Assembly (NCBI GenBank): GCA_963676795.2
Contig: CAXXTB010000002.1
Span: 1,440,001 to 1,504,000 of the forward strand
Direction of reading: 5' to 3'
Length of the DNA: 64,000 nucleotides
DNA from: Geopsychrobacteraceae bacterium
GTDB taxonomy: Bacteria > Desulfobacterota > Desulfuromonadia > Desulfuromonadales > Geopsychrobacteraceae
The notes beneath the pieces are model-generated. The model was not told the origin of the DNA and did not search any database. It was given only the letters and a program-made list of their open reading frames with translations. Shown in pieces: positions 31,683 through 40,140 of the stretch; position 1 is the first letter of the stretch; every line of letters starts with the position of its first letter. Both the position numbers and the translations under genes were made by a program.

Positions 31683-32066
31683 TTGATCAAGGATAAATCT
31701 TATTACGATAGCTTGACAGAACAAGTCATCGGATGTGCGTTTCTTGTAGGTAATACCTTGGGACACGGGTTCTTGGAGAAGGTTTATGAAAATGCACTGG
31801 CTTTAGAGCTTCGGAAATCTGGACTGACTGTAGAAACACAAAAGGCTGTATCCGTTTTTTACTGTGGTGTTGTCGTAGGTGATTATGTCGCTGATTTTAT
31901 CATTGAAGATGATCTTATTATTGAGCTGAAGGCGGTGACATCCCTTAAAAATATTCACTTTGCACAATGCCAGAATTATCTGAAGGCAACAGGTATAAAA
32001 CTAGGACTTGTTATTAATTTTGGTAATGAAAAAGTAGAGGTCAGACGAGTAACTAATGGCGTTTAA
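31683..32066 (+). CDS. GxxExxY protein (PD-(D/E)xK nuclease fold)
   Basis: GFLEKVY; ADF...IIELK; QCQNYLK; GLVINFG. Confidence 0.92.
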   Translation: MIKDKSYYDSLTEQVIGCAFLVGNTLGHGFLEKVYENALALELRKSGLTVETQKAVSVFYCGVVVGDYVADFIIEDDLIIELKAVTSLKNIHFAQCQNYLKATGIKLGLVINFGNEKVEVRRVTNGV

Positions 32067-32115
32067 TGTTTTTACAGATATAAAACTACGATATGGTTTA
32101 AGCTTTTAATCTTTT

Positions 32116-32522
32116 ATCCGCCTTCATCAGATGGTATCCGCGGCCGAAAGGTAGTTTGAGGTCAAAGGCATTATTGCCGCTGATAAAGTCTGATAAAAGC
32201 TGATGTTAAAACCTTGAAATGATTTTAGTATTTAGTCTTTTATCCGCCTTCATCAGATGGTATCCGCGGCCGAAAGGTAGTTTGAGGTCAAAGGCATTAT
32301 TGCCGCTGATAAAGTCTGATAAAAGCTGATGTTAAAACCTTGAAATGATTTTAGTATTTAGTCTTTTATCCGCCTTCATCAGATGGTATCCGCGGCCGAA
32401 AGGTAGTTTGAGGTCAAAGGCATTATTGCCGCTGATAAAGTCTGATAAAAGCTGATGTTAAAACCTTGAAATGATTTTAGTATTTAGTCTTTTATCCGCC
32501 TTTATCAGATGGTATCCGCGGC
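32116..32522. repeat. Orphan right arm plus 3 near-identical 126-bp palindromic units
   Basis: Right arm 32116-32144; units start at 32176, 32302 and 32428. Confidence 0.95.
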
Positions 32523-32620
32523 TGAAAGATAGATTTAAGGTCTGTGGCTAAACAAATCGGTTTAAGGTTTCTTGGCATGTTAGGATTTGTGTGAGCAGCG
32601 AACGGGCGTGAGATAAGGTT

Positions 32621-34177
32621 TTGATTTTGGTTGAAGGTACTTTAATACATCATTTCCTGGAGAACAGCGCCAGGCGCTTACCTGATAAGGTTGCCCTTGT
32701 TCACGAAGGGGTACGCGCAACCTACGCTCAGATCAATGAACTGGCCAACCAGTTGGCCCATTATCTGTTGACGTCAGGTGTCAAGTCAGGTGATCGCGTT
32801 GCGATGCTGTTAGAAAACAGCATGGAATATGTCGTTGCTTACTATGGGATTCTGAAAGCCGGCGCTGTTGCTGCCCCTATCAACACGGAACTCAAGGCCG
32901 AAACTATAGGAATCTTACTCACTGAACTGGACGCGGAAATTCTGATCACGCAGCGCAAGTACGAACGCATGCTGCGTCAGGTGAACTTTGAAACAACGGC
33001 AGTCAAAACTGTCATCATCAAAGATCCAAAACTTTCTTTATCTGAGAATCTGAAGGTTATTGACTGGAAACAAATTGGTGCGGATAGCGCTACGCAAAAT
33101 CCTGATATTGCAATTCTGCCTGAGCAGCTGGCGAGCATTGTCTACACCTCGGGCTCGACAGGAAAGCCCAAAGGTGTGATGCTGTCGCACAAAAATATCG
33201 TGACCAATGTCGATTCGATCTGCCAGTACCTTGAGCTGACCGAAGATGATATCCAGATGGTCGTTCAGCCGTTCTTTTATGTCATGGGCAAGTCGCTGTT
33301 GAATACGCACTTTGCGGTCGGGGGCAGGGTTGTTATCAATAACAAATTCGCTTACCCGGCAACGGTCATCCAGCAGATGATCGATGAACAGGTCACCGGC
33401 TTCTCCGGGGTTCCGTCAACCTATGCGCATTTGCTGCATCAGTCGCCTCTGGCGGCATCAAGTGACCGTTTAACGTCGCTGCGCTACTGTTCCCAGGCCG
33501 GTGGCCATATGGCCGGCTCGATAAAGCTTAAACTTTCGGACATACTGCCTGAACAGACAAGGCTTTTTGTTATGTACGGTGCAACCGAAGCCTCGGCGCG
33601 GTTGGCTTACGTTGAACCGGAAATGTTGAGCGAAAAGCTCGAATCTATCGGCAAGCCGATCCCGGGTGTCTCTTTGCGGATTATCAGTGCCGATGGACAG
33701 CAACTGCCGGTCGGAGAGATTGGTGAAATCGTAGCGTCGGGTGCTAACATCACCAGTGGTTACTGGCAAGATTCAGAAGCTACAAGCAGGGTCCTTGATG
33801 ACTACGGCTATCATACCGGTGATCTGGGATACCAGGATGAAGATGGGTATTTCTTTGTCGTCGGACGCAAGGATCATCAATTGAAGGTCAGTGGTCACAA
33901 GGTTAATACCCAGGAAATAGAGGATCTGTTGCTTGCTGCTGATCATATCATGGAAACTGCGGTTATCGGTATTCCGGACGATCTTCAGGAGAATCGCTTG
34001 ATTGCGCTGGTGATGACATCCAGCGATTTGTCGGAAAAGGACCTTGCCGTGTATTGCAATAAGCACCTGGCCTCATACAAGGTTCCGCAGCGATTTGTAT
34101 TCGTTGACAGTATCCCCAAAAGCGCCAGTGGCAAAGTGGATCGACAACGCTGTGAGGAACTAATTAAAGATTGTTAG
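32621..34177 (+). CDS. Acyl-CoA/acyl-ACP ligase (AMP-forming, class I adenylate-forming)
   Basis: YTSGSTGKPKG, YGATE, TGDLG and PKSASGK motifs. Confidence 0.92.
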   Translation: MILVEGTLIHHFLENSARRLPDKVALVHEGVRATYAQINELANQLAHYLLTSGVKSGDRVAMLLENSMEYVVAYYGILKAGAVAAPINTELKAETIGILLTELDAEILITQRKYERMLRQVNFETTAVKTVIIKDPKLSLSENLKVIDWKQIGADSATQNPDIAILPEQLASIVYTSGSTGKPKGVMLSHKNIVTNVDSICQYLELTEDDIQMVVQPFFYVMGKSLLNTHFAVGGRVVINNKFAYPATVIQQMIDEQVTGFSGVPSTYAHLLHQSPLAASSDRLTSLRYCSQAGGHMAGSIKLKLSDILPEQTRLFVMYGATEASARLAYVEPEMLSEKLESIGKPIPGVSLRIISADGQQLPVGEIGEIVASGANITSGYWQDSEATSRVLDDYGYHTGDLGYQDEDGYFFVVGRKDHQLKVSGHKVNTQEIEDLLLAADHIMETAVIGIPDDLQENRLIALVMTSSDLSEKDLAVYCNKHLASYKVPQRFVFVDSIPKSASGKVDRQRCEELIKDC

Positions 34178-34401
34178 CCGCAGATAAGGTCTGATAAGAG
34201 CTGATTTTTAAACCTTTAAATCTAATGGTTTATGTCTTTATCCGCATTTGTCAGATTGTATCCGCGGCTGAAAAATAGGTTTCAGTCTTCTCTTTGTGCT
34301 CTTGGCGGCTTGAGTGAGCAAGGCGAACGGGCGTGAGATAAAGGCATTGTCCACGAAAAACACGAAAGTTCCGAAAAAGGCTTAATTTTACAGGGATGAA
34401 A
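34177..34401. repeat. 225-bp direct repeat, copy 1 (F hairpin, E-right, A-left, D-left)
   Basis: Matches 35518-35742 with 3 mismatches by eye. Confidence 0.9.
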
Positions 34402-34726
34402 GGGATAGGCAGGACGAAGTCAGATGCAATGGGTTTGATTGATAAAATACAGAACAAACAAGTTCTTGTTTTTAGGTTTGTCCTTAATCCCATGCATCCC
34501 CTGTATCCCTGTTAAAAAGTTTTTGAAGAATTTGTCCACAGTTGTCTGTGGCAAAATTAATTTTCTGGGTTTAAGATTTTATAATGGTTGTGATTTTCTG
34601 ATTATAGTTCAGTGAGTTCTGTGTCGTCCGTGGATGTTTTTTTTAATGATCAGATCGTATCTGGTTGATCCAGTCAAACATAGGTTGGTTAATCAGAGAT
34701 CATCAGAGTGAGTCTGTGGCTGAAGA

Positions 34727-35161
34727 ATGGTTGAAAAGATGACGATTGAAGACATCCGTTGGAAGCAACGATTTGAAAATTATCGTAAAGCCCTTGAGAC
34801 GCTGACCGAGGCCGTTGAGTTGGAAAAGAGCCGCCCGCTGACGAAGCTGGAGCAGCAGGGGTTGATTCAGGGGTTTGAATTTACCCACGAACTCGCCTGG
34901 AATGTTTTGAAAGATTACCTGGAGGAACAGGGGTTCTCCGGGATTGTCGGATCTAAAAATGCAACACGTCTGGCTTTCAACAATAACCTTATCTCAGAAG
35001 GTGAAGTCTGGATGGAGATGATTAAGGCACGCAACCAAACATCTCATACATACAATATGGAACTTGCGGAATCGATTTCCAGGGAGATTCTGGAGCTGTT
35101 TTATCCGGCTTTTGGTGCAATGGAGAGCTTATTTTTGCTGCTTATGGAAAAGGATTCCTGA
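34727..35161 (+). CDS. HI0074-family HEPN protein (nucleotidyltransferase substrate-binding)
   Basis: RWKQRFENY, IQGFEFTHELAW and the RxxxxH motif RNQTSH. Confidence 0.9.
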   Translation: MVEKMTIEDIRWKQRFENYRKALETLTEAVELEKSRPLTKLEQQGLIQGFEFTHELAWNVLKDYLEEQGFSGIVGSKNATRLAFNNNLISEGEVWMEMIKARNQTSHTYNMELAESISREILELFYPAFGAMESLFLLLMEKDS

Positions 35162-35166
35162 ACAGC

Positions 35167-35472
35167 ATGGAATTTGGTCTGAACGATGTGACCCTGAATA
35201 AAATCAGGCAGGTGCTGGCGGCATATCCGACTGTCGATAAAGCTGTAGTCTATGGATCGAGGGCGAAAGGGAACTACCGTCAAGGGTCCGATATCGATCT
35301 GACTTTGTTTGGTGACAATCTGGATCAAAAGCAATGCAGCGATATTGAAGAGGCACTTGACGACCTGTTGCTGCCATACATGATTGATTTGTCTGTCTAT
35401 GACCTCTTGAATCATGATGGTTTGAAGGATCATATAGATCGAGTCGGGAAGGTGCTCTATCAGAAAGACTGA
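35167..35472 (+). CDS. Minimal nucleotidyltransferase (MNT)
   Basis: YGSRAKG.YR.GSDIDL motif. Confidence 0.92.
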   Translation: MEFGLNDVTLNKIRQVLAAYPTVDKAVVYGSRAKGNYRQGSDIDLTLFGDNLDQKQCSDIEEALDDLLLPYMIDLSVYDLLNHDGLKDHIDRVGKVLYQKD

Positions 35473-35517
35473 AGTAGATCTCGCGCAAAGCCGAAAGGAA
35501 CAAAAAAGCAGTTTTTT

Positions 35518-35742
35518 GCCGCAGATAAGGTCTGATAGGAGCTGATTTTTAAACCTTTAAATCTGATGGTTTATGCCTTTATCCGCATTTGTCAGATTGT
35601 ATCCGCGGCTGAAAAATAGGTTTCAGTCTTCTCTTTGTGCTCTTGGCGGCTTGAGTGAGCAAGGCGAACGGGCGTGAGATAAAGGCATTGTCCACGAAAA
35701 ACACGAAAGTTCCGAAAAAGGCTTAATTTTACAGGGATGAAA
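35518..35742. repeat. 225-bp direct repeat, copy 2
   Basis: Matches 34177-34401; followed by a degenerate D-right and a C-right arm up to 35891. Confidence 0.9.
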
Positions 35743-35910
35743 AGGATAGCCGGGATAAAGGCAAGAGCTTCTTCCTCTTGAGGGACGGATACTTATCCCC
35801 ACCATCACATGAATGCCTGTTAAAGAAGGTTTTAGGTATCGATAAATAGTAAGTAAGGTTATGTCAGCTTTTGTCCGCAGTTGTCTGTGGCCAACAAATC
35901 GAGGCACTAA

Positions 35911-36327
35911 ATGAATATTGATCACATAGGAATCGCAACGAAATCAATTGAAAAGGGCATAACCCTTTGGACAGAAACCTTCGGCTACAAACAGAAAACC
36001 CAGCCCGTTGTCAATTCGCGTCAGAAAGTGCGGGTAGTTTTTCTTGAAAAAGAAGGTTCCATAGATATCAAATTAATTGAACCTGTTGGAGTGGATTCTC
36101 CAATATATAAATTTTCCATGCGCGGCGGAGGGTTGCACCATCTCTGTTTTATTTGTCCCGATCTTAAAGAAAAGCTGGTCGAGTTGAACGACATCGGACT
36201 CAGGACTCTCTCCGGACCGGAACCTGGAGAAGCATTTGAGAACCATGATATTGCGTTTGTTTATGCAACCCAAGGTTTGAATATTGAATTAATCGATACG
36301 CTGCAAAGAGCAGAAATGATATCTTGA
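35911..36327 (+). CDS. VOC/glyoxalase-family protein (methylmalonyl-CoA epimerase-like)
   Basis: IDHIGIA, GGLHHLCF and IELI motifs. Confidence 0.85.
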   Translation: MNIDHIGIATKSIEKGITLWTETFGYKQKTQPVVNSRQKVRVVFLEKEGSIDIKLIEPVGVDSPIYKFSMRGGGLHHLCFICPDLKEKLVELNDIGLRTLSGPEPGEAFENHDIAFVYATQGLNIELIDTLQRAEMIS

Positions 36328-37199
36328 GCCAAAATTATCATCTAATGAATGTGGGAGAATTGGTTCTTTTCGTGAAAGAAAATTATAAATCATACATCGT
36401 CTTCTGTAGCCTGGTCCTTATCTCCGTCGTTGTCTTCCTCCCTGTGTGGGCCAGCCTGATTTCCGCCTGGGCCGGATCGGATGACTATTCTCACGGTTTT
36501 TTAATCGTTCCTTTGGCGCTGTATATCGTTTGGCAGAAGCGCCGAGACTTACGTGCCATCGAATGTCACTCAAACTGGATCGCATTTCCTCTCGTAGTTC
36601 TGTCCCTTCTGCTTTATCTGATCGGTCAATTTGGAGAAATAAAGACGCTGGCGTCGCTGGCCATGGTTGGTTATGTCGCGGCAGCAGTTTTGTACTTGCT
36701 CGGCTGGCAGGTTTTTAAAGGCAGTATTTTTCCGTTGGCCCTTCTGCTTTTCATGATTCCTGTCCCGGGGCAGATTTACGCTTCACTGACTATTCCGCTG
36801 CAACTGTTCGTGACAAAGATGACCGCAGCAATCGTCTCTGCTCTTCACATCCCCATACTCCGTGAAGGAAATGTCCTTCATCTGCCTGAGTACACCCTTC
36901 AGGTTGTCGATGCCTGTAGCGGATTGCGCTCGATCATGTCACTGCTGACGCTGGGTGCTGTGATCGGTTATTTCGGTTTAAAATCCAATCCACTGCGCTG
37001 GTTGCTTTTCGTGTCGGCCATACCGGTCGCCGTATTCGTCAACATTGTTCGAGTTTTGGCCATGGTTCTGGCGTTTTACTACTTTGACAAGGATCTCACT
37101 CATGGCGCTGTCCATACCTATTTTGGGGTCGGGGTGTTTGTTCTGGCCGTTCTGATTTTCCTGGCTATACGCAAAGGATTGAGCTTGTGCGAAAAATAA
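36324..37199 (+). CDS. xrtA: Exosortase (XrtA/EpsH)
   Basis: YSHGFL; catalytic C (DACSGLR), R (NIVRV) and H (HTYFG); multiple TM helices; start codon uncertain. Confidence 0.9.
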   Translation: MSQNYHLMNVGELVLFVKENYKSYIVFCSLVLISVVVFLPVWASLISAWAGSDDYSHGFLIVPLALYIVWQKRRDLRAIECHSNWIAFPLVVLSLLLYLIGQFGEIKTLASLAMVGYVAAAVLYLLGWQVFKGSIFPLALLLFMIPVPGQIYASLTIPLQLFVTKMTAAIVSALHIPILREGNVLHLPEYTLQVVDACSGLRSIMSLLTLGAVIGYFGLKSNPLRWLLFVSAIPVAVFVNIVRVLAMVLAFYYFDKDLTHGAVHTYFGVGVFVLAVLIFLAIRKGLSLCEK

Positions 37200-37831
37200 A
37201 ATGGCAACATGTCATCGCTCTGGTCGTCTGTCTGCTCATAACCGGTGGGGGCGTCCTGGCTCGTCCTCAGGGGCAGGTCAATCCGAATCCTACCTTGCTG
37301 GCTGATTCCATTCATCGCATCGGTTCCTGGTCTCTTGTTGAAAACAGCAGACTTTCGTCTGCTATCGTAGATTCCCTGGAGCTTGATGATTATATCTTCC
37401 AGACCTATCAAAAAGGGAATGACAGAATCGTCCTCTATATCGGTTATTACTTCAGCGGCAAAAAGGTTGGTGCCGCTCACGATCCACAGGTCTGTTACCC
37501 CGGTCAAGGCTGGAAACTTTCCGGAAAAGAAAGGCAGGAGCAACGGATCGACGGCTACGACACAATCAGCTATTCCCGTATTCTCGCTGAACTCAATGGT
37601 CAGAAGGATGAGATCTTCTACTGGTTTCAGGTCGCAGAAAAGACCGCTCCGGATACCTTCAGACAGAAGTTGTTTCTGATTCAGAATAAAGTTTTCGGTG
37701 GCGGTGAGAGGAATGCATTTGTTCGGATCAGTACCAGGCTGGAGAACGGTTCGGATCATCAATCTCGGATATTGCTCTCTGATTTCATAGAGAGTTTTTA
37801 TCCGATGTTTTTAGATCATATAACCGAATGA
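37187..37831 (+). CDS. epsI: EpsI-family exosortase-associated protein
   Basis: LYIGYY, H.P..CYPGQGW and YWFQ motifs; follows the exosortase. Confidence 0.85.
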   Translation: MRKIKWQHVIALVVCLLITGGGVLARPQGQVNPNPTLLADSIHRIGSWSLVENSRLSSAIVDSLELDDYIFQTYQKGNDRIVLYIGYYFSGKKVGAAHDPQVCYPGQGWKLSGKERQEQRIDGYDTISYSRILAELNGQKDEIFYWFQVAEKTAPDTFRQKLFLIQNKVFGGGERNAFVRISTRLENGSDHQSRILLSDFIESFYPMFLDHITE

Positions 37832-37856
37832 CCTTTATGGTGTTCAGGGATATTCA

Positions 37857-38999
37857 ATGACGTTTGTGATTTTTTTTCTTTCTTTGTTCATGGTCTTTTA
37901 TGTCTATGTCGGTTATCCGATCATTGCTTTTATATTCTCGCGCTATCGTTCCCGGGCCGTTGAAAAGAATGTCTGGGTGCCGATGGTCAGCGTCGTTATC
38001 GCAGCGTACAATGAGGAAGATGCCATCGCTGAAACGGTTCGCAACAAACTTGCTCTGGACTATCCATCGGAGAAGCTGGAAATTGTCGTGATCTCCGATG
38101 GCTCAACCGATCAAACCGATGCGCTGGTCTCTCAATTTGAAGAGGCGAATGTCCGCTTGCTGAGGCAGGAGCCCAGGGCCGGCAAGACATCAGCACTGAA
38201 TCTGGCCATCCCTCAGCTCAAGGGAGATATTGTCGTTTTTTCAGATGCAAATTCTCTTTACGATCCAGGTGCTCTGCGTGCTCTTGTGGCCAATTTTTCC
38301 GACCCTTCGGTGGGTTATGTCACAGGCAAGATGGTTTATACCGATGAAGACGGTACCATCATCGGTGATGGTTGTTCCGCCTACATGAAGTACGAAAATG
38401 TCCTGCGTTCCGTCGAGACTAGAGTCGGTTCCGTGGTGGGTGTCGACGGCGGAATTGACGCCATGCGCAGAGATCTGTACCAACCGATGAATGCAGATCA
38501 GTTGCCTGACTTTGTTCAACCGCTGAAAGTTGTAGCGCAGGGCTATCGCGTCGTTTACGAACCTGAAGCCCTGCTCAAAGAGCATTCCCTCAAAAGTTCG
38601 GCGGACGAGTACCGGATGCGGGTCAGGGTATCCTTGCGGGCACTCTGGGCGCTGTACGATATGAGGCAGCTTATGTGGTTGCCGCAAAACCGGATTTTTT
38701 CGTGGCAGCTCATTTCACACAAATTGCTCAGATACATATGTTTTGTTTTCCTTGGCGCTCTGTTTCTGTCGAACCTGGCCCTACTGAATCAGGGGGGCGG
38801 TTATGCGTTGCTGTTTCTGCTCCAGTGCCTGTTTTACCTGATGGTGATTGTTGCTCCTTTCCTGGAAAGCAAAGGCTATAAACTGAAAATAGTCACATTC
38901 TCCAGGTATTTCGCCCTGCTGAATATTGCCTGCGCACATGCGACCTATAAATTTGTCCGTGGTCAGAAGCAGGTGCTGTGGACACCGAGGAAGGGTTGA
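37857..38999 (+). CDS. GT2 glycosyltransferase (membrane-bound, CESA-like)
   Basis: AAYNEE, SDGSTD, GKTSALN and FSDAN motifs. Confidence 0.9.
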   Translation: MTFVIFFLSLFMVFYVYVGYPIIAFIFSRYRSRAVEKNVWVPMVSVVIAAYNEEDAIAETVRNKLALDYPSEKLEIVVISDGSTDQTDALVSQFEEANVRLLRQEPRAGKTSALNLAIPQLKGDIVVFSDANSLYDPGALRALVANFSDPSVGYVTGKMVYTDEDGTIIGDGCSAYMKYENVLRSVETRVGSVVGVDGGIDAMRRDLYQPMNADQLPDFVQPLKVVAQGYRVVYEPEALLKEHSLKSSADEYRMRVRVSLRALWALYDMRQLMWLPQNRIFSWQLISHKLLRYICFVFLGALFLSNLALLNQGGGYALLFLLQCLFYLMVIVAPFLESKGYKLKIVTFSRYFALLNIACAHATYKFVRGQKQVLWTPRKG

Positions 39000-39000
39000 G

Positions 39001-40140
39001 ATGAAAGTCCTCCACGTAATCGACAGTGGCGGCCTCTATGGTGCTGAAATTATGCTTCTGAATCTGGTTGCCGAACAACAGAAGCTCGGTCTCCATCCTA
39101 TTATTGCAAGCATTGGCGACATCTTGGATGGCGAAAAGCCCTTGGAGATTGAAGCAAAAAGGAGGGATCTGCCGTTACAGGTCTTTCGGTTTCGCTCTGG
39201 ATTAAATTTTAAAGGAGCGCTTCAGGCTCTAAACTTTGCCGAGGCAGAGCAGGTTCAACTTCTTCATACCCATGGTTACAAGGGGAATATCCTGTTTGGG
39301 TTTATGCCACGATTTGTTCGTAAGCTGCCGATCGTAGCTACCATTCATGGTTGGACCAATACCGGCCGTTTCGACAGGATGCGTGTTTATGAATGGTTGG
39401 ATCGCCAGAGTTTGAGATTTGTGGATCAGGCGGTGTTGGTCAACAAGAGAATGCTCGCTGATCCCAGAGTGGCCGGGTTTTTAAATCATTGCCAGGTTAT
39501 TGATAACGGCATTCCCGCCGAAAAGGATTATGCCGACGATAAACCGGATCTTGATGTTCTTCAGTTCTGCAAAAAGGCAAGAACCATCTGTGCTATCGGT
39601 AGGCTCTCACCAGAAAAAGGGTTTGATAATTTGTTAAGGGCTTTTGCCAAGATAAGAGCAGTGGAGCCTGATATTCAACTACTGATTATCGGTGAGGGGA
39701 GGCAGAGGGAATACCTGGAAAGGCTCGTCGATGAGCTTGCATTAACGGGCTCCGTAATGCTGGCGGGATATCGAACTGGGGCCAGCCGGTATTTGATCAG
39801 CTGCTCGGCACTGGTTATTTCAAGCCTGACTGAAGGGTTGCCGATAACCCTGCTTGAGGCTATGAGGGAGAAAGTCCCTGTCGTTGCGACCAGTGTTGGG
39901 GGAATCCCGGATGTTTTATCGGATGTGGAAAGCAGTATTCTTGTTGAGCCTCAATCTGTCGAGTCTTTGGCCGATGGGATCAGCTTTGTGCTGAATTGCG
40001 ACAGTCGGAACCAGGTGATGATTGAAAGTGCCCGGGAGATATTTTTGGCCAAGTATACAAGTCATGCCATGGCAGTTAAATACGAGAAAATTTACAAGGC
40101 TCTAGGTCGGCACTTTTCCTTTCGGCGGGTGATGCCATGA
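39001..40140 (+). CDS. GT4 glycosyltransferase
   Basis: GLYGAE, GRLSPEKG and EGLPITLLEAM motifs. Confidence 0.9.
   Translation: MKVLHVIDSGGLYGAEIMLLNLVAEQQKLGLHPIIASIGDILDGEKPLEIEAKRRDLPLQVFRFRSGLNFKGALQALNFAEAEQVQLLHTHGYKGNILFGFMPRFVRKLPIVATIHGWTNTGRFDRMRVYEWLDRQSLRFVDQAVLVNKRMLADPRVAGFLNHCQVIDNGIPAEKDYADDKPDLDVLQFCKKARTICAIGRLSPEKGFDNLLRAFAKIRAVEPDIQLLIIGEGRQREYLERLVDELALTGSVMLAGYRTGASRYLISCSALVISSLTEGLPITLLEAMREKVPVVATSVGGIPDVLSDVESSILVEPQSVESLADGISFVLNCDSRNQVMIESAREIFLAKYTSHAMAVKYEKIYKALGRHFSFRRVMP

Noticed and set aside
31062..32522. CRISPR array
   Set aside because: Whole 126-bp units repeat, including loop and linker, so there are no unique spacers; no cas genes in the window
23764..35891. 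Integron attC cassette array
   Set aside because: No integrase in the window and the arms lack RYYYAAC/GTTRRRY ends; the resemblance is only architectural
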